From Octopus bimaculoides (lineage: Eukaryota): a stretch of DNA of 51,591 nt. Under the pieces are notes generated by a model. The model was not told the DNA's origin. It saw nothing but the letters and a program-made list of their open reading frames with translations, and ran no database searches. The position numbers and the translations under genes are program-made. Of this stretch, positions 50,736 to 51,591 are shown in pieces (position 1 is the first letter of the stretch; each line of letters starts with the position of its first letter). Where the stretch lies: assembly GCF_001194135.2 (NCBI RefSeq), contig NC_068992.1:13698751-13750341 (forward strand), given 5' to 3'.

Positions 50736-51550
50736 ATATGTGACTATGGATAAATATATGAATATTTCCATGAATGCATCGATCTAATGTATATCAATTT
50801 TTGCGTATGATTGTGTCCGTGAGTTTGATTGCTCAGACTGTAGCTGATATCATTTTTAATAACCGGCATCTAACGAGTGAGGCAATCATTTGCAACCTAA
50901 AAACCTAAAAAACAATACCCTCCAGAATGTCAATATATTTGTGACCTCTTCATATTTTCCTATTTTTGACTAGCCTTATGTAATTTAATCTCGGCATCCT
51001 ACGTGAGACTTTTATCCACACAACTACTTATATTTATATACACATGTCCCTCTTTTACATTAACACCGTCAACAAACATTGATCGAGAGGTAAGATGTCC
51101 ATTAAATCTTTAATTTCTTTCATGCATACACAAACCCATAAAATAAGGTATGTATAATGACGCCAGTCAAAGGTAAATGACAGGCCCTCACGCCCACACA
51201 ACCTTTTACTCTATGTTTAATATTGCTATACAAGCACAATGAGAAAAATATTGACTTTTTGTCACAGGATTCCTGCAACTTTAATGATAATAGTATACAT
51301 ATTGATAATATACACGTTATCTTCACAGATGTAAAAGCATTTACAATTTTATGTTACATAATTTTACATATGAATACACACGCGTTAAATATATTTACAT
51401 ATACACTGGAAAAAACCTGCAATTCCACCCAAATTTTTCTAAGAAGATCCAAAGCAATTTTGCTGCTACGCACATGCATACACACCCTCACACACACAAG
51501 GAAATACATGCACACACACACATATACATATATAATTATGATATATATCT

Positions 51551-51591
<41 letters not shown>

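Overview
AT-rich, microsatellite-saturated eukaryotic DNA with 12 N-gaps; 10 of them abut (TA)n/(CA)n tracts on at least one side, one lies in an (ATC)n tract, and one lies between (TA)n and poly-T. The SINE families and repeat load look like an octopod/cephalopod draft assembly (inference, not verified). I cannot confidently identify any intact host protein-coding gene. Almost all long ORFs in the track are microsatellite or N-gap artefacts. What can be supported is a transposon graveyard: an internally deleted Ty3/Gypsy remnant (2.5-4.0 kb, minus); two decayed D,D34D-type mariner transposases (42.5-43.6 kb, 49.6-50.5 kb); an RTE-clade LINE 3' fragment; a Penelope-like RT fragment; about nine tRNA-derived SINE copies from three families; and three small TIR/palindromic elements. 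The most interesting signals are a minimal type-I hammerhead-ribozyme-like fold with a non-canonical core in a Penelope-type terminal repeat (16502-16538), a 66-bp spacerless palindrome resembling a mini-MITE or pre-miRNA (26985-27050), and a 187-bp TA-flanked MITE with 38-bp TIRs that I cannot assign. A few splice-signal-bounded exon candidates remain unverified.
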